A stretch of 60,019 nt of DNA, counting the filler, from Basidiobolus ranarum (lineage: Eukaryota): the NCBI GenBank assembly GCA_040143965.1. It is 9 parts of 9 records of this genome, joined end to end, with 100 filler letters (N's around TTAATTAATTAA, not from the genome) between each part and the next. Parts side by side here need not be neighbours in the genome. Positions count along the whole stretch, not along the records: positions 6,701 to 13,296 come from JASJQH010008165.1; positions 13,397 to 19,988 come from JASJQH010008166.1; positions 20,089 to 26,672 come from JASJQH010008167.1; 6 more parts are not named here. One strand, 5' to 3'. Position numbers and translations under genes: made by a program. Shown piece by piece: positions 12,811 to 25,999 of the stretch. Every line of letters starts with the position of its first letter. The stretch's first letter is position 1. The notes below the pieces were generated by a model. It saw only the letters and a program-made list of their open reading frames with translations, had not been told where the DNA came from and did not search any database.

Positions 12811-13164
12811 ATGCGAGGCTTACTTATCTTACTAGCTATCTTTCCTCTGATATGGTCATCACCATCTAGTGACGAGGACAACTTTATCTTTGGACCTGCA
12901 GTTGCATCTTATCCAAAGTGTACTGATTGCTTAGTGACTAAACGCGGCTACTCTGGATCAATCCCGTATCAGCCAGATACCGCTGAGCCTCAACCTCAGA
13001 AAGGCCCCTGTGAACTGGGTCACTATCGATGTAATGGTCAAGGGTTCCTACAATGTCAGCATAATATCTGGATCCAGCGTGCTTGTGGTCCTGGGACAGT
13101 CTGTCACCAAGTCGGGCCAACAGAGGGTTATTGCGGATGGCCCTCCGAAGTTGAGTGTTTTTGA
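12811..13164 (+). CDS. Small secreted protein with C-terminal CBM19-like (chitin-binding) cysteine module
   Basis: Signal peptide MRGLLILLAIFPLIWS; CELGHYRCNGQGFLQCQHNIWIQRACGPGTVC matches the fungal C-x6-C..C..W..C-x-x-GTVC pattern. Confidence 0.75.
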   Translation: MRGLLILLAIFPLIWSSPSSDEDNFIFGPAVASYPKCTDCLVTKRGYSGSIPYQPDTAEPQPQKGPCELGHYRCNGQGFLQCQHNIWIQRACGPGTVCHQVGPTEGYCGWPSEVECF

Positions 13165-13296
13165 TTGAAGGTTTAATCACCTACTCTTCATTCAGTGTCT
13201 CTGGCAGAGTTTTAACATTAAATTCTCATGTATTCCGGTATAGCCAATCCTTAGCCCCAATCCCTGACATCCAATGGTAGAAAGTGGTTCAATTTT

Positions 13297-13396
13297 NNNN
13301 NNNNNNNNNNNNNNNNNNNNNNNNNNNNNNNNNNNNNNNNTTAATTAATTAANNNNNNNNNNNNNNNNNNNNNNNNNNNNNNNNNNNNNNNNNNNN
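13297..13396. other. Artificial contig-join spacer
   Basis: N44-TTAATTAATTAA-N44. Confidence 0.99.
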
Positions 13397-15523
13397 GGAG
13401 TATAGCGATCCATTTTCGCCACTCCCAGTCAATTTACAACATCATGGTGCTGGGCTACAGGTACTTAGTTGTTTTTTCTTTTCCAACTTATAGATTGTTG
13501 AGTGTTTCTGCTTCACTAGTACTTCTTTTCGTATCGGTTTGAAGAGGAAGAGAGAGCCTTACTTGGTATAGATAGTCATATAAAAGGAGTGTTTCTACCT
13601 TTCTTGGAAAAGAATGTTCGTGTCAAAAAATTAAAAGTACTTGATCTATTTTGTGGTGGCGGTTCATTTGGTCGCGGACTTCAAGATACTGGACTGTTTG
13701 AATGCAAATGGTATGTCCAGAATCTAGTCAAACAAGAACCTCACTGTAACTATTACTCCACTTTTTTGCAGGGCAATTGATATCGACTGTATGGCTACTT
13801 ACACGTATAAAGCCAATGCTCGAAACGATTCAACTATAGTTTTTAATCAAAGTGTCAACTTGTTTCTTGAGAACTGTATTGATGGAAAACCTTACACACC
13901 ACGAAAGGTTACTTAATTTTCTAACAATCGTTGCTTAATGCTGATGTCCATATTCAATTCTAATGATATTCAGGGTGAGGTAGACATGATCTTAGCAGGT
14001 AACCCATGTCAAGGCTATAGCAGCCTAAATCTAAACCGATTTAGTGATCAGTCCCAAAATAGCAACTCGTTATTAGCGAGCTTAGCTTCATTCGTTGAGT
14101 TTTTTGAGCCCAAATATGTTTTGTTGGAGAATGTTAGGTAATCTGGGGTGTATTTACAATTGTCACTGTCATTTGCTGATTGTCTATTGCCTAGTAATTT
14201 CCCAAGAGTTACCGAGGAAGTGGATGGAAAGAAGCAAAGCCCATTTAGGGTGTTTCTTGCTTTTCTATTAAGCCTAGGCTATCAGGTTAGGTGGACTTAT
14301 ATTTCAGCCGTCCACCATGGTTGCCCCCAAAACAGAGTTAGATTCTTTCTCTGGGCGGCAGGTTTGTGGAATCTCCTCTATTCTCTAGAGAGTTCTTTCT
14401 AAAGGATAAGAATTTCATTAGCAAGAGGGGAAGATCTACCTCATTTCCCCCCATCTTCCCATTATGGTCCAAGTTCCAAATATTCACAAACGTCCATTGC
14501 CCTACCAAGCGCAGAGAAGTGAGTACACCATTTGAACATGTAGTTGACATCTCATCCTAATGGCTTTGTCAGAATCCCAGGAGTGATAAATCCAATGTAT
14601 GCTTGCTTCCCAATGAGAACAATTGATGAAGCTATTGGCGATCTGCCACCAATTGGAGAGGGACATATTCAGGTAAGCCCAATCCGACAGCTACAAACTA
14701 CCAATAATCATCTAATGTGTTGTTATGGCTACAAGCACTTGGAATTTCCAGATCATAGAGTTATCCCACTTCCTTATGAACAGCAGATCCTAGTCAATCA
14801 GATTCCCCTCTATCCACCAGGATGTGATTATCGATATCTTGTTGGAAAAAGATTTCCAAATGGGAACGCTGTAAGTGACTCTGCTATGTTTTTCAGAGTA
14901 GACTTTTGTTTAACAAGAGGGCAAAAATCATAGGTTGTTCTTCCTTCATGGCTTCGTAAAAAGATTGAGCGTGGAACATCCTTTGGTACTCATTTTGGAC
15001 GTGTAGAGCGAGATGGCCTCTTCCAGACTATAACTACTCGATGTGTTCCATCAGGATTTGTAAGTGATGGAAGCAGATATACGGGAGTCCCATACCTTTT
15101 CTCATGAAGGTTTAAATATATCATTTTAGCAAGGGAAGGTCCTGCACTATCAAGAAAATAGAGTCCTTAGTGTACGCGAGGTAGCGCGAGCACAAGGTAA
15201 ACGTCGTACCCATTTATGTGGCTGATACAGAAGATATCAGACTGACACTGCATGTATATAGGATTTTTGGATACCGACGAGATTGTTGGCCGACCTCAGG
15301 ATCAATACCGTATCATTGGTATAGTGTTACGTCTATGTTGGAGAGATTCTATATAGGACGATTTAAAGACTCCTCAATATATATAGCCATTGTGCTAAAT
15401 CTACATACATTTCCACTTGTTCATTTAGGAAACTCTGTTCCACGCTCATTGGCATTTGCACTTGGGATAATGCTGAATTATGGCAAAGCGAGAGATCCCA
15501 ACTATTTTGGTAGTAAGTATTAA
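13397..15523 (+). CDS. C5 cytosine DNA methyltransferase catalytic domain, DIM-2/DNMT1 class (5' truncated, about 11 exons)
   Basis: Spliced motifs in order: I LDLFCGGG; WAIDID; IV GNPCQGYS; VI LLENV; VIII PQNRVRFF; DLPPIGEG..FPDHR; IX RVLSVREVARAQG; X IGNSVP. Frame is open from motif I to the stop across GT-AG introns. Confidence 0.95.
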
Positions 15524-16229
15524 AAAGGAAGGAGGAGGAACATTCACAGCACATTGCTTATGCTGATATTAGGTTTGATGTATTGAGTTGCTTTCAAGAA
15601 CGAAGCCTTGGCTTGAGCAGACTTTGAAGAGATAATGCAGGAAGGATCTCCTTTAATAAATTTTCATGATAGACATTATTCTTGTCTGTCATAACCGCGA
15701 TCATAAAGCAATTAGACAACATCTGATCTGAAGATGAGAGGGATGGTACACCGTATTCTACTTGTCCTTGATACGAAGTGTGCTGGATAAAGAAAACGGA
15801 ATACTGAAGGTTAGCTTTATTTCGCCAAGTAGGCTAGTAGTATATGAAACGTCAGAAATTATAAGTGCGTAAAATAGACGAACAAACAGAGATACAACAA
15901 CTCATTAGCATTCGTACATGGTGGTGACTTTTGGGCACCATCGAAGGATAGCAGATTGAAGGAATACTTGAGTGATTCGTATGAGAATGAAATAAAGACT
16001 AGGATTCGATAGACAGGTCAAGTCCAACTATACAGAAGTTTTACAGACCATGGGACTATGAATTCTGGAAATTTTCGTTATTTTAATAAAAAGTCCTGCT
16101 GTATCGAATTACAAAGATTACATAGGTCGATTCAGTGTTGAAGTTATATCGTGATTATGGATTTCGAAAGATTGTACGTGCGATCTGATCGAGGTCAGAG
16201 CATAAATATTCATTACATCATAAACGAAC

Positions 16230-17230
16230 CTAAACTAACGCCAACTCCAGAGTCCAAGTGCGGCGACACCAAAGCTTTAGGGGTTTATCTGATTTATCAT
16301 CAAGTTGTACTTCAGAACCATCCCACCAACATTTTCTCTAAATAAATGGTGGTTATATTAGTAATTTAGAAATAAATTCGATCATTAGGAGAGGGTTAAT
16401 CTTACTGCAGGTTTTCGCCAGAAAAGTAAAAGCTTTTGCGCGGCAGCCATTTGTGCAGGCTGTCCCGTTGTACGGAGTCGAACCATTGCAACACTAACAA
16501 TAGCTGTACGAGCAGGTTCGGCAATTCTTACTCCCCAGTTATCTTCTTTTGAGAATCCTGCTGCACAAAGCATTTCCACAAGTTGTTGTTCGGCAAGGTT
16601 ATCCTGTGTAATTTGTCTATTCAATCCATCGAAGATATTCTTCTCCTGAGCCAAATATTTTCCACACTCCACTTTGATCTTAGCAATATCTAAAGTAGGC
16701 TCCGTGGGAGTTGACTCGTTTCCTGTAACTCCTTGAAGAGAGTTGCCACTTTTCTTGGGAACGGGGAAATAATCCAATTCCTCACGAAGAAGAATGAATG
16801 CTTGCTTATTCAAAAATGGATTATTAAGCTGGTTTCCACCTAAAAGTGCTTGAAGGGTTCCGTTTTCGTTGGGAGGGATTTGGGTAAGTGGATGCTTTCT
16901 GGTGTAGAAGTCAAGAACGTATTGGAATATGTTGGGGTTAAAATCGCTATATACGAGGTTATCAGCTTCATAAGAAAGTGAGTGATTATCAACATCCAAC
17001 TCCGAATCATCATCCATAGGGTTTCTACCAAGGTTGAGACCATATGGAAACATGACCAAAAGAATACTTTCAGGCAGACTAATCAAAAGATCGCGGTCAA
17101 CTTGAACCAAGGTACCACGCAAATCTATTCTGATAACAGATGGAAACTCACTCTCCTCCTGTGGAAAGGATAGTGAGTAGTCATAGGAATCTGGAACACT
17201 GGTTATAGGTGTGTCAGCTTTAGAAGCCAT
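16230..17230 (-). CDS. WHI2: Whi2 growth-regulation / Psr-phosphatase-binding BTB protein (2 exons)
   Basis: IDLRGT..LPESILL, LREELDYF, QKLLLFWRKPA|RKCWWDG..WCRRTWTLEL*; intron ~16338-16404. Confidence 0.9.
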
Positions 17231-18756
17231 GATCTATATAAAAAGGAGCTTTGTAATTTGCTATTGCTGGCGATAAGAATATTCTACAATAACCAAACAA
17301 GTGTTTGGTATTTAGAAAAGAAAAACTGTACTTTAGGCGGATAGAGAAAATATATGTATGGAAATATTCGTTTCACAAACACAAAGTTAATAGAAAGATT
17401 ATATGTTGGAAATGTTTCTGATAATAAGCAAGGGTTTGAAGGGGAAACGTTGAAAGGGGGATTGAGTATGGAGAGACCAATTGAAACTGAATTATTACAA
17501 AGGCGCTTTAGGGGGATGAAAGATTCATGTATTAGTGGATCCCGATTTTTACATCAAAATATCGTGATACAAATCTATTGGGTTAGATCTTAATATTTCC
17601 GGAGTCAAAACGAATAGATAATGAAAATCAAAATATTGGTCACTTTCAATAGATTAAGCCAACTCCATGATGTAAACAACATAAGCCACGAACTGGTTTA
17701 ATTACATTTGTCAAGTAACAGAGCTGAAAACCAACTCACATTAAAGGTACTATTAGTAAATGCAGTGCTTCTGTTGCATTCTAAGATTCTATTCCTGAAT
17801 TGGGCAAAGTAGCAAGACCTCTTGCAAACAACTCAACGGTGTAATGACACTGTACTTTATACAAAAAGTCAAGGTAAACGTAACATTCTTTTTTTGCTGT
17901 CTATTGGTACTGCACAAAGTCAGGGGATTAGAGGCAACTCTGGTGAATGTTTGTGACGGCCATTACTACCATGCATATTTTACTGAGGGGGGGCATACTT
18001 CCGAAGGACAACCAGAGTGACAGGCACCTGCTTAATTACATTATTCTTAATTACATCTTGGGTGCTTCAAAGCCACATTTACATTTAGATAGGAAAGTGA
18101 ATTCGATACTCTCAAGCGGGTAATCCGTTTAGCTGACTAATGCTGCTGGTGTAATTCCCACTAGATCGTGAGAGAAATCAAGATGGATAAAATATGAAAC
18201 CGATATGAATTTTGCAATCATCGTGCACAATACGTTGTAGGAAAAATCTGCCACAATGATGTCAGGAGAAACGAGAGCTATTGACTTGAAGGAACAGTAA
18301 TTTAAGAAACAATTCCATAGTAACACTATGAAATGTCTAGCAGCGGAATGAGTGGGAACATCAACACTGGTGTTGATTCGCCTTGCATTTCAGAGCAATA
18401 TTCTCACGATCAGTAGATAGTTTCCCTTTCTAGGTGTTTCAAAACTGAAATACTCGCAGAATTTCAAAATCGATACATAAGTCATGAATGAAATTATCGA
18501 GTGGTGTGTGTTGATTATTCAAAACTTGGTATAAATTGAATTGGAGGGACCAAATCACGTGGGGAAGACGGGGAGAGTCGAGTGATATATGGGAATAAAT
18601 CAGAGCCAAGGAACCCCGTCGGGATAGAACGGATTTCTCGAGTTGTCTCAATCACGTAGCCAGCTACCACTAGATATTTTAAAATCCTTACAAATAGTAT
18701 TTACTGCTCTAGTTCTTCCACCTTTAAAGAAAATCGCTGTTACTATCACTTCTGTC

Positions 18757-19852
18757 ATGTCGAAACCTTTCCCTTCCAGTACTCAAGGTAAATCTGCATT
18801 TAAATATGTATACTGAAATACTTCATTCAATTAACATTATGTTTTAAGGTGCTACCAACTCAAACCCTAAACAGTACGAGAACATTCTTACTGAGATTAT
18901 AGGGAAAGTCGCCTTGATTACTTTGAACCGCCCAAAAGCTTTGAATGCTTTATGTAGTGAGCTATTCCATGAATTAAACGAGGCCCTGGCAATATTTGAT
19001 AATAATGAACAAATCGGTGCGATTGTCTTGACTGGCAGTGAGAAAGCTTTTGCAGGTTCCTATATATTCTAATAGATATGTTCAGTATATAGCAAGATCC
19101 CATTCTTATTTTTTATAATGTGGCTTAGCTGGAGCTGATATTAAAGAAATGCGCAATAGTAGCTACATCGAGAACTTTCAAACGAACTTCCTTGGTCATT
19201 GGACTAAGATTACTACCATCCGTAAGCCTATTATAGCAGCAGTCAATGGTTTTGCCGTAAGTGTATTTATGTGGCATTCGTTGGTTCACTAATTTTCAGG
19301 TGAATAATTTGCTTTATTAAACCTTATAGCTAGGTGGCGGATGCGAGTTGGCAATGATGTGTGATATAATCTACGCTGGCGAGAAGGCAAGATTTGGCCA
19401 GCCAGAAATCAAACTAGGTACTATTCCAGGTGCTGGCGGTACTCAACGCCTCGTTAGAGCTGTTGGCAAGTCTAAGGCTATGGAAATGGTGCTAACAGGT
19501 ACTTGGAATTTAAATGCCGAGGAAGCTGAAAGAGCTGGCTTGGTTAGCAAAGTTTTCCCCGTTGATCAACTTGTGAATGAGGCTTTAAAGACAGCCGAAA
19601 TAATTGCCAACTACTCTCAACCAATGGTCCAAATGGCTAAAGAGGCAGTGAACCAATCATTTGAGTTGCCACTTGCATCCGGACTTCTTTTCGAGCGTCG
19701 ATTATTCCATAGTACTTTTGGCACTGTAAGTAATCTTGAGAGCTAAAATCTGAAAATAACTCACTAATCCATTGTAATCTATACAGAATGATCAGCGTGA
19801 AGGAATGGGCGCATTCGTTGAGAAGAGAAACCCCAAGTTCACCAATAATTAA
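18757..19852 (+). CDS. ECHS1: Short-chain enoyl-CoA hydratase (crotonase), multi-exon; start uncertain
   Basis: [89 protein letters not shown]. Confidence 0.93.
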
Positions 19853-19988
19853 TATATAATCCAGTCCTTTTCATTTATCTCCACTGTTTGTGCGGTGAAG
19901 TTGGCCAGCCATACACCATACACCATACCCTTCGACTTGTCCACATACCCTTCGACCATATTATAATACAAACCATTATAATAAATAT

Positions 19989-20088
19989 NNNNNNNNNNNN
20001 NNNNNNNNNNNNNNNNNNNNNNNNNNNNNNNNTTAATTAATTAANNNNNNNNNNNNNNNNNNNNNNNNNNNNNNNNNNNNNNNNNNNN
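19989..20088. other. Artificial contig-join spacer
   Basis: N44-TTAATTAATTAA-N44. Confidence 0.99.
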
Positions 20089-20184
20089 ACTAAATAATGT
20101 TGACTAACTAATATGTGATATATGAAATAGTTAGGTGTATAAAGATAGGGATAACATATATGATAAAGACAATAAACTTAAACA
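20089..20184 (+). repeat. Distal part of short LTR-like repeat family D
   Basis: ACTAACTAATATGTGATATATGAAATAGTTA closely matches 59973-60019; ends AAACA. Confidence 0.6.
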
Positions 20185-20235
20185 GTATGTTCTAGTCAAT
20201 CATATCACACCATGAGTATCATACTCCATTATTTC

Positions 20236-21045
20236 AGATTTATCATTATTAACTAACATTGTCCCTATCATTTTCTGGAAAATTCTGAAATCTTCCGGAA
20301 CATTCCACTAGGTTCTTGGAATATTTGATGATTGATGGAATTTAGACCACTCAAAGCTGGATTTTGCCAGAACATTCCATGACTTTCTGGATTTTTCTGC
20401 AATCTTCTGGAACATTTGATGGATTACTAATCTTATGATTTATGGTGTTATCATATCCCAGATCCCTACTAACAGAATTCTCTGGAACTTTCTGGAAATT
20501 CTCATTAGTAATCATTTCTACCTTGAGAAAAGTATAAATAGGAGCCGTATCTTTTAAGTTAAAAATCATCCTGATTTTCAACTAAAATTGATTACTTGTG
20601 ATCACCCCTTATTTTCATCACAACTTACAAGACCTTTGAAGAGGAAGCTCAAAAGAGACTACTAGTGACAGTTACAGGCTACTGTGTGACTAGAAAGGAC
20701 TTGATCAGCTCAAAGGAAGTACTGACAAGTAGGTGTTATATTTTTGATACTTTATGTTTTTTCCCTTGCTTTGTCTGCAAAGGCAAGGAACTTTTCATAT
20801 CCTTGGCTAAATCACTACTAGTGGATCCTCATTCAATACCTTGCTGGTTGAGTTTACAGTTGGCTTTGATTAAATATATCCTTTTCATCTGTTGATTCTC
20901 AAAGGATGTTGAAGCCAGTATATTCATTTGTCAGGTGCCTGCATATTAGTCAACAGAGAGCTGGACATTGTATTGTGGCTTATCAGTCCTTAGACATTTG
21001 TAGAGGCTCATTTCCCTTCAACAAAGACTCAAGAGGTAAGAGACA
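20236..21045. repeat. Repeat family C (~800 bp, non-coding, next to copia protease)
   Basis: Colinear homology with 51794-52600 (e.g. CTGTGTGACTAGAAAG, GGCAAGGAA, ACAAAGACTCAAGA). Confidence 0.8.
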
Positions 21046-21830
21046 GTTTTGAGTTTTGTGCCCAGTGGCTACTTTGGTATTATTCCAATCTGTGATAGTG
21101 CATCTAGCATTGCTGAGTTCTTGAGCTGTTGGCTGCCCTACTGATAGGAGATTTGTGGCTACATTTGGAACATAAAGTAAGGCTTTCAATATAGCATATA
21201 GTTTAGGTGAATATTGGTCCATAATGAGCACACTACCAATGCCTCTTGTACATATTCTGCAAGTAAGTAGACTTTCTTGTTTGGATTGTGTGTGAGTTGG
21301 AACACCAATCCTTGTAGGTAACATATGCTGGGAAGCTCCTGCTTCTATATACCAAACTGCTGAGTCTCCCTTAGTGGTTGCTGGTGGAGCAGTCACAAGT
21401 AGATGATCTCTTTCAGTTCCTACTTAATTTGCATGTTCTAATTTAGCTTTTTGGCAAAAAACTTTTCACCAACATTTGATCAAATGGCCTGATTTCTTGC
21501 AATAGATGGCGAGGTATGCTTTCCTATTGGGGGCACCTTTATTAGATCCAGTTGGATATTTCCAGCTTAAAAGAATGCTATATGCTTTATTTTGATGGGA
21601 GTTAGATCTCCTTCTTCTTCAATCAAAAGCCTGGCACCAACATATTCCATTTTCAATGGCTCTGATCTTGATTCTGGAAAAATCTCAGATTCCAAACTAG
21701 TCTAGCAGGCTCTCAAGTAGTGTCAAGACTGTGTTATCTTCATTTACTGGTACTCCAACAGATGAGAACTAATCTGCAATAGCTCAGCTCCAATTTATAT
21801 GATTAACCTTAAAATATGCATAACTCCCCT
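20983..21830 (-). mobile_element. Ty1/copia gag (zinc knuckle) and protease relic
   Basis: WYIEAGASQHM and LLYVPNVATNLLSVGQ (copia protease region); decayed CKKSGH knuckle ~21480-21510; TLLESL gag motif. Confidence 0.8.
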
Positions 21831-22129
21831 GAATTGAAAATAACTCTGGTCTAAGATACAGCCAATTAGGTAAACCTTTGCTCTCATAGAGCTCCTGAAA
21901 TATTTTACAAGTATTTTGTACACTTTTGGATGAGTGCATGTGCCTTGATACAAGGGCTGAAAGTCACAGACAAAATGTGGAGAGCTTGCTGAATTTAGTT
22001 TTGTCAATTTGTATTTGGTCATCTGCTTGAGCTGTATTTTAAGCTTGATGGGAGTGTGGTCTGAAAGCAGTTGCAGAGAGTGAGTAGAAAGAAGCTATAT
22101 TTATTTGTTGTTGTCTTTCAAAAAGCCAG

Positions 22130-22700
22130 CAGTCATATTTGGCTGCCTGATGGACAGTGGATCAGCTGTTGTGAGTAAATGATCTTCAGAGTTTCCTCCA
22201 AGTCCATATTGGAACTGGCTGCTCAGGGCAGATTCTCCCCAATTGAGATCACAAGCAAGAAGGCAAACTTCTGAACCATAAGTTTACACAAGCCTTGACT
22301 TTGTTTAAGTGCACAAAGCTTAGTAGCTCAAGTTCTTTCCTTGTCTTCTTTTCCAAATATAGCTTCCAGTTCAGCAAGGGAGGCACTGGAATGGAAAAGA
22401 ATTGGAGATGAACTTTCCATATTAGGGCCTAACCAAGATAGAGCTATTCCTCATCACAGTGCTCCAACTAGGCCTACTTTTGTTTGGTTGGAGGGGTATT
22501 GATGGGGATATAACTTAATGACAAGTTTTACTTGGTTGATAAGGCCAAGATAGTTGTGGCAAGTGCCATCAAGTATTTTTGGTTAAAAGATCTGTGATTA
22601 GGGAGTTGGAATTGCAGGATAGCTGGGTGATGCTAGATTCTGTACTTCAGCAAGACAAGAACAAAGTTCTTGAGTTTCTTGTTGAAGCTGAGCAATGACC
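22130..22700 (-). mobile_element. Ty3/gypsy gag (capsid) relic
   Basis: PKILDGTCHNYLGLINQVKLVIKLYPHQYPSNQTKVGLVGAL**GIALSWLGP resembles the fungal gypsy gag P-x-x-FDG..Q..YP..VG..AL.W pattern; internal stops. Confidence 0.75.
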
Positions 22701-24259
22701 CGCATGATATTTTTATTGTGGGGGCTGGAGTAGACATACTACTGACTATGCTGTGGAGGGAATTTTTTCAAACTACTAGTTTCTGTAGGAATGATAAACA
22801 CAATGCAATGTCCAACTTGCTGTTGAAGAAACAATTGGAGCTTGGGCTAAAGAATATGCTGGTATCAATGTCCTTGGATTATGATCAGATACTAAAGCTT
22901 TGCTGATCAGAAAGAGTTGTTAACTCATACCATAGTATCTTGACAAAGACACACTTTGAGCAACTATCCTGAGGTAGAAGGTACCTTAGCCTCTGCAGGG
23001 AAGCTTGGAAGAGATGGGTAATAAGAGGGAAGCCAACGTTGGGGGGTTTCATGGGTGGAGAACAGAGATAAATAGAAGTCCACAGGCAAGTGTAGGTAGT
23101 CTGCTAAAACTGTCCTAACAAGGAACTGGACAAGGAGTGAAAACAGAGACAAGAGGCTAGAAAGCAGGAGGGTACTTTGTTGTAAACTACATTGTGAGAC
23201 AAGACAAGACTAGACAGGGAAGATACTTTAGCATGAAAGTTTATTCATAACTGGCATTGATCACATTAAGGCCTGATGAAGGAAAACAGGAAGCTTATAT
23301 ATATATTACAGGGTAAAACATAATATCAGATATAGGGAATGTATTGTGCCAGATTCAAGAGTCAGGGTATTGGGGACTACAAGGATCAATACATAGGGGG
23401 ATGATGTAAGGATGACCATGTGACCTTCCATGGAAGTTCTTGGTGGAAATACACTATTTGTTGGATTAGTATTTGGTTTGGTTTCATACAAAAGCTGCAT
23501 AGAACATGCCTATCTCCCTATGAAAAATATGGGAATGAATACCAGAGAAAAACCACAGAAGACACAAATATTGGGGTAGGAATACTGTAAGAAAATGTGA
23601 GGAAAAAAAGACTGGTAGAGAAACCATAAGAAAATTGTTGCAACTCCAGCAAAATACCATTACAAAACCATCAGAAAATAGTATCAAATGCAAATTTAAA
23701 TTTTTTTTGTTAGGAATCTTGTAAGGTAGCCTAGATGAACTAGCACAAGATTACAAAGAATGGATGGCACAGCAGATATGATGTCATGATTCAATAACAG
23801 AAGAATTCCATTTGCAGTGGATGAGTATGCCAATACCAGAACTAACACATTCTTGTTGCAGTTCTTGGAACAGTGCCTAGCCTTGAGACAATATTGACCT
23901 AAGAACATAATCTTCTTGTCAGAGTCCCTTATTTCAGCACAGTATTTGTTAGTACAGAAAGCACCATGCTCCTTATATTCGGTTCCACCTTGCAACACTT
24001 TTTTTCTTAATGGGAAATCTCAAAAGTACCATAGGATTCAGTAAGCAGCTCTTCATCCACTATATCCATGGTTGTGGCTATCACAGAGTAGCTTGGCAGT
24101 GGGGAATTGAACAGTTTACATACAATGTCAATGGTTGCTCCATTAATTTCAATAGCTGCTATCTTCAGCACACTGATTTTGAGTTTGTGAGGATGCTCAG
24201 TTGAATTATCACAGTCAGCCTTCTTGGGGAAGCTATACAGTTGTCTTGGTAGATAAATA

Positions 24260-24613
24260 TGTTGCAATTAGGTAATTAGAAACTCATTATCTAGTAGTTG
24301 GCTTGTTCATATACTGATTATGTAGCACTTAATTCTGCCATTCAAAAATGTGTGTATATTGCTCTAGTAGATAGAAATATCAACCAGAATACTTTGACCA
24401 ATTTCACTATTTTCTGAAAACTTTGTCAAATCACCTGAGATTTTCACTCATGCTTAACAGGCATGTTTGTTATGATCAAAGCACATCCAATAGTCTTATT
24501 TCACAGTAAACTATAAATAGGATGTATTCAAATCAACATAACCCAAGTGTCTGATTCTCAAGTCCAAATCATGTCCAAAACACTTCCAAATCCCTTAAAC
24601 ACTTTGATTAGCA
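24260..24613 (+). repeat. Solo LTR family A
   Basis: TGTTGCAATT...GCA; full-length homology to the other family A copies; no clear TSD. Confidence 0.85.
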
Positions 24614-25999
24614 TATGTTTGGCAGTTCCTTTAGTTTGGTAAAGGGTCTTCAAGGTCTTTTGGGGCTTAAAAGCTGACTCTGCATTGAGCACAAGAGTTA
24701 GTCAAGAATTTTCAAGATTTAGTATAATAGCAGAAAGGGCTTTCTCAACCCTTTTCTTGAAGTTGGCTAGCACCTTTGGCTTAAAGCCCTGTGGTTGAAT
24801 TTTGACCCTTGTAAAGATTATCAAATGGTCTTTCTCTGAGAGCAGCATCATTTTTCTTGTGCTCCAGATCCCTAACCCTAATTATAGCATTCAACCCTGT
24901 CACTGCATTTTGGCATTCTTAGATTGAATGGTTCTCTAATCAATGATCCACTCTTGACTATCCATACAATGGCTGAATGATTCAGATATTCATATCATTG
25001 CATTAGAAAATATTTCTCACTACCTATAATAATAAGTGTGGGGTTTATTGGCACAGAGGGGCTCCAAATGCAGAGCAGTCTCATACAAGACATCTATTCA
25101 TAGATCATCTACTTATTGCTTCTCTCCAACAAGAAGATGTTCTTCTCTTTGTAGTAGTAAATGACATAATTGTAAGGGTTGACCTATCTTGAACAAAAGA
25201 GCCTTGCTCCTTCTGTCAGAGGTCTCTCATCCTTCAAGGACGCATACTCTTGAAAGTAGCATTCACTAAGCATTACTCAGTTACATCATGTACCCCTAAG
25301 AAGTTACCCTTTATTCTCAATCAGAATTTATTTACAATACTGTTAATAATGTAGAAGTTTTCAGATAAATATGCTTTTCAAACCTATGTTAAAAGTTTTA
25401 TACTTTTCATAAATGTTGCTGGGTCTTCCTGGGAGGTAGATTCTAATTCACCTGCTGCTACCTTGATTGAAGATCTTGACATGATGCAGGTTGACTCTAT
25501 ACAACAGAGGCAGTTTATAGAAGTGTTTGTTGGTTACTTTATTCTTAAGAGAATAAGATATTTCATATAGTAGAGACATAAATGAATTATGTGAGATATT
25601 CAGAAGTTTGTGTAATAAGATATAGTAGATAAGTGGGGGTAGTAAGACATACTTGCTGTATACATTTAGATATATTCCATATTTAGAATATGAGGCTATT
25701 AATACATTGCTTTCGCCTTCTGATATATGTATCAGATCTGAAGTTACTTAAGATGATGAAAAATGATTAATTATCTAACACCTTTCCTTGATTCCTACTC
25801 AGAGTTGTGCTTATATTCACTAATGCCTATACCTGCTCTTAACTTTTCAACACTTGAAATTTTGAATGATTTTGTTAGTATATTTGGAGGCATGTTTTCA
25901 CTATTACAAGAAATAAAGTTCACTTCTTTTTATGGGACCTTTTCTCATTCTTGAGGATGTTTTGGGACAATTTGTCTCATCCTTTAGTGATGTGCAGAA

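Noticed and set aside
18000..18420. Possible structured RNA (CTCTCA/TGAGAG and GATCGTGAGA/TCTCACGATC complementarity) between WHI2 and the hydratase
   Set aside because: No snRNA, snoRNA or RNase P/MRP consensus; short stems are expected by chance in a divergent promoter.
19909..19988. Short repeats CCATACA x3 and CATACCCTTCGAC x2 at the contig end
   Set aside because: Too short and irregular for a telomere or CRISPR array.
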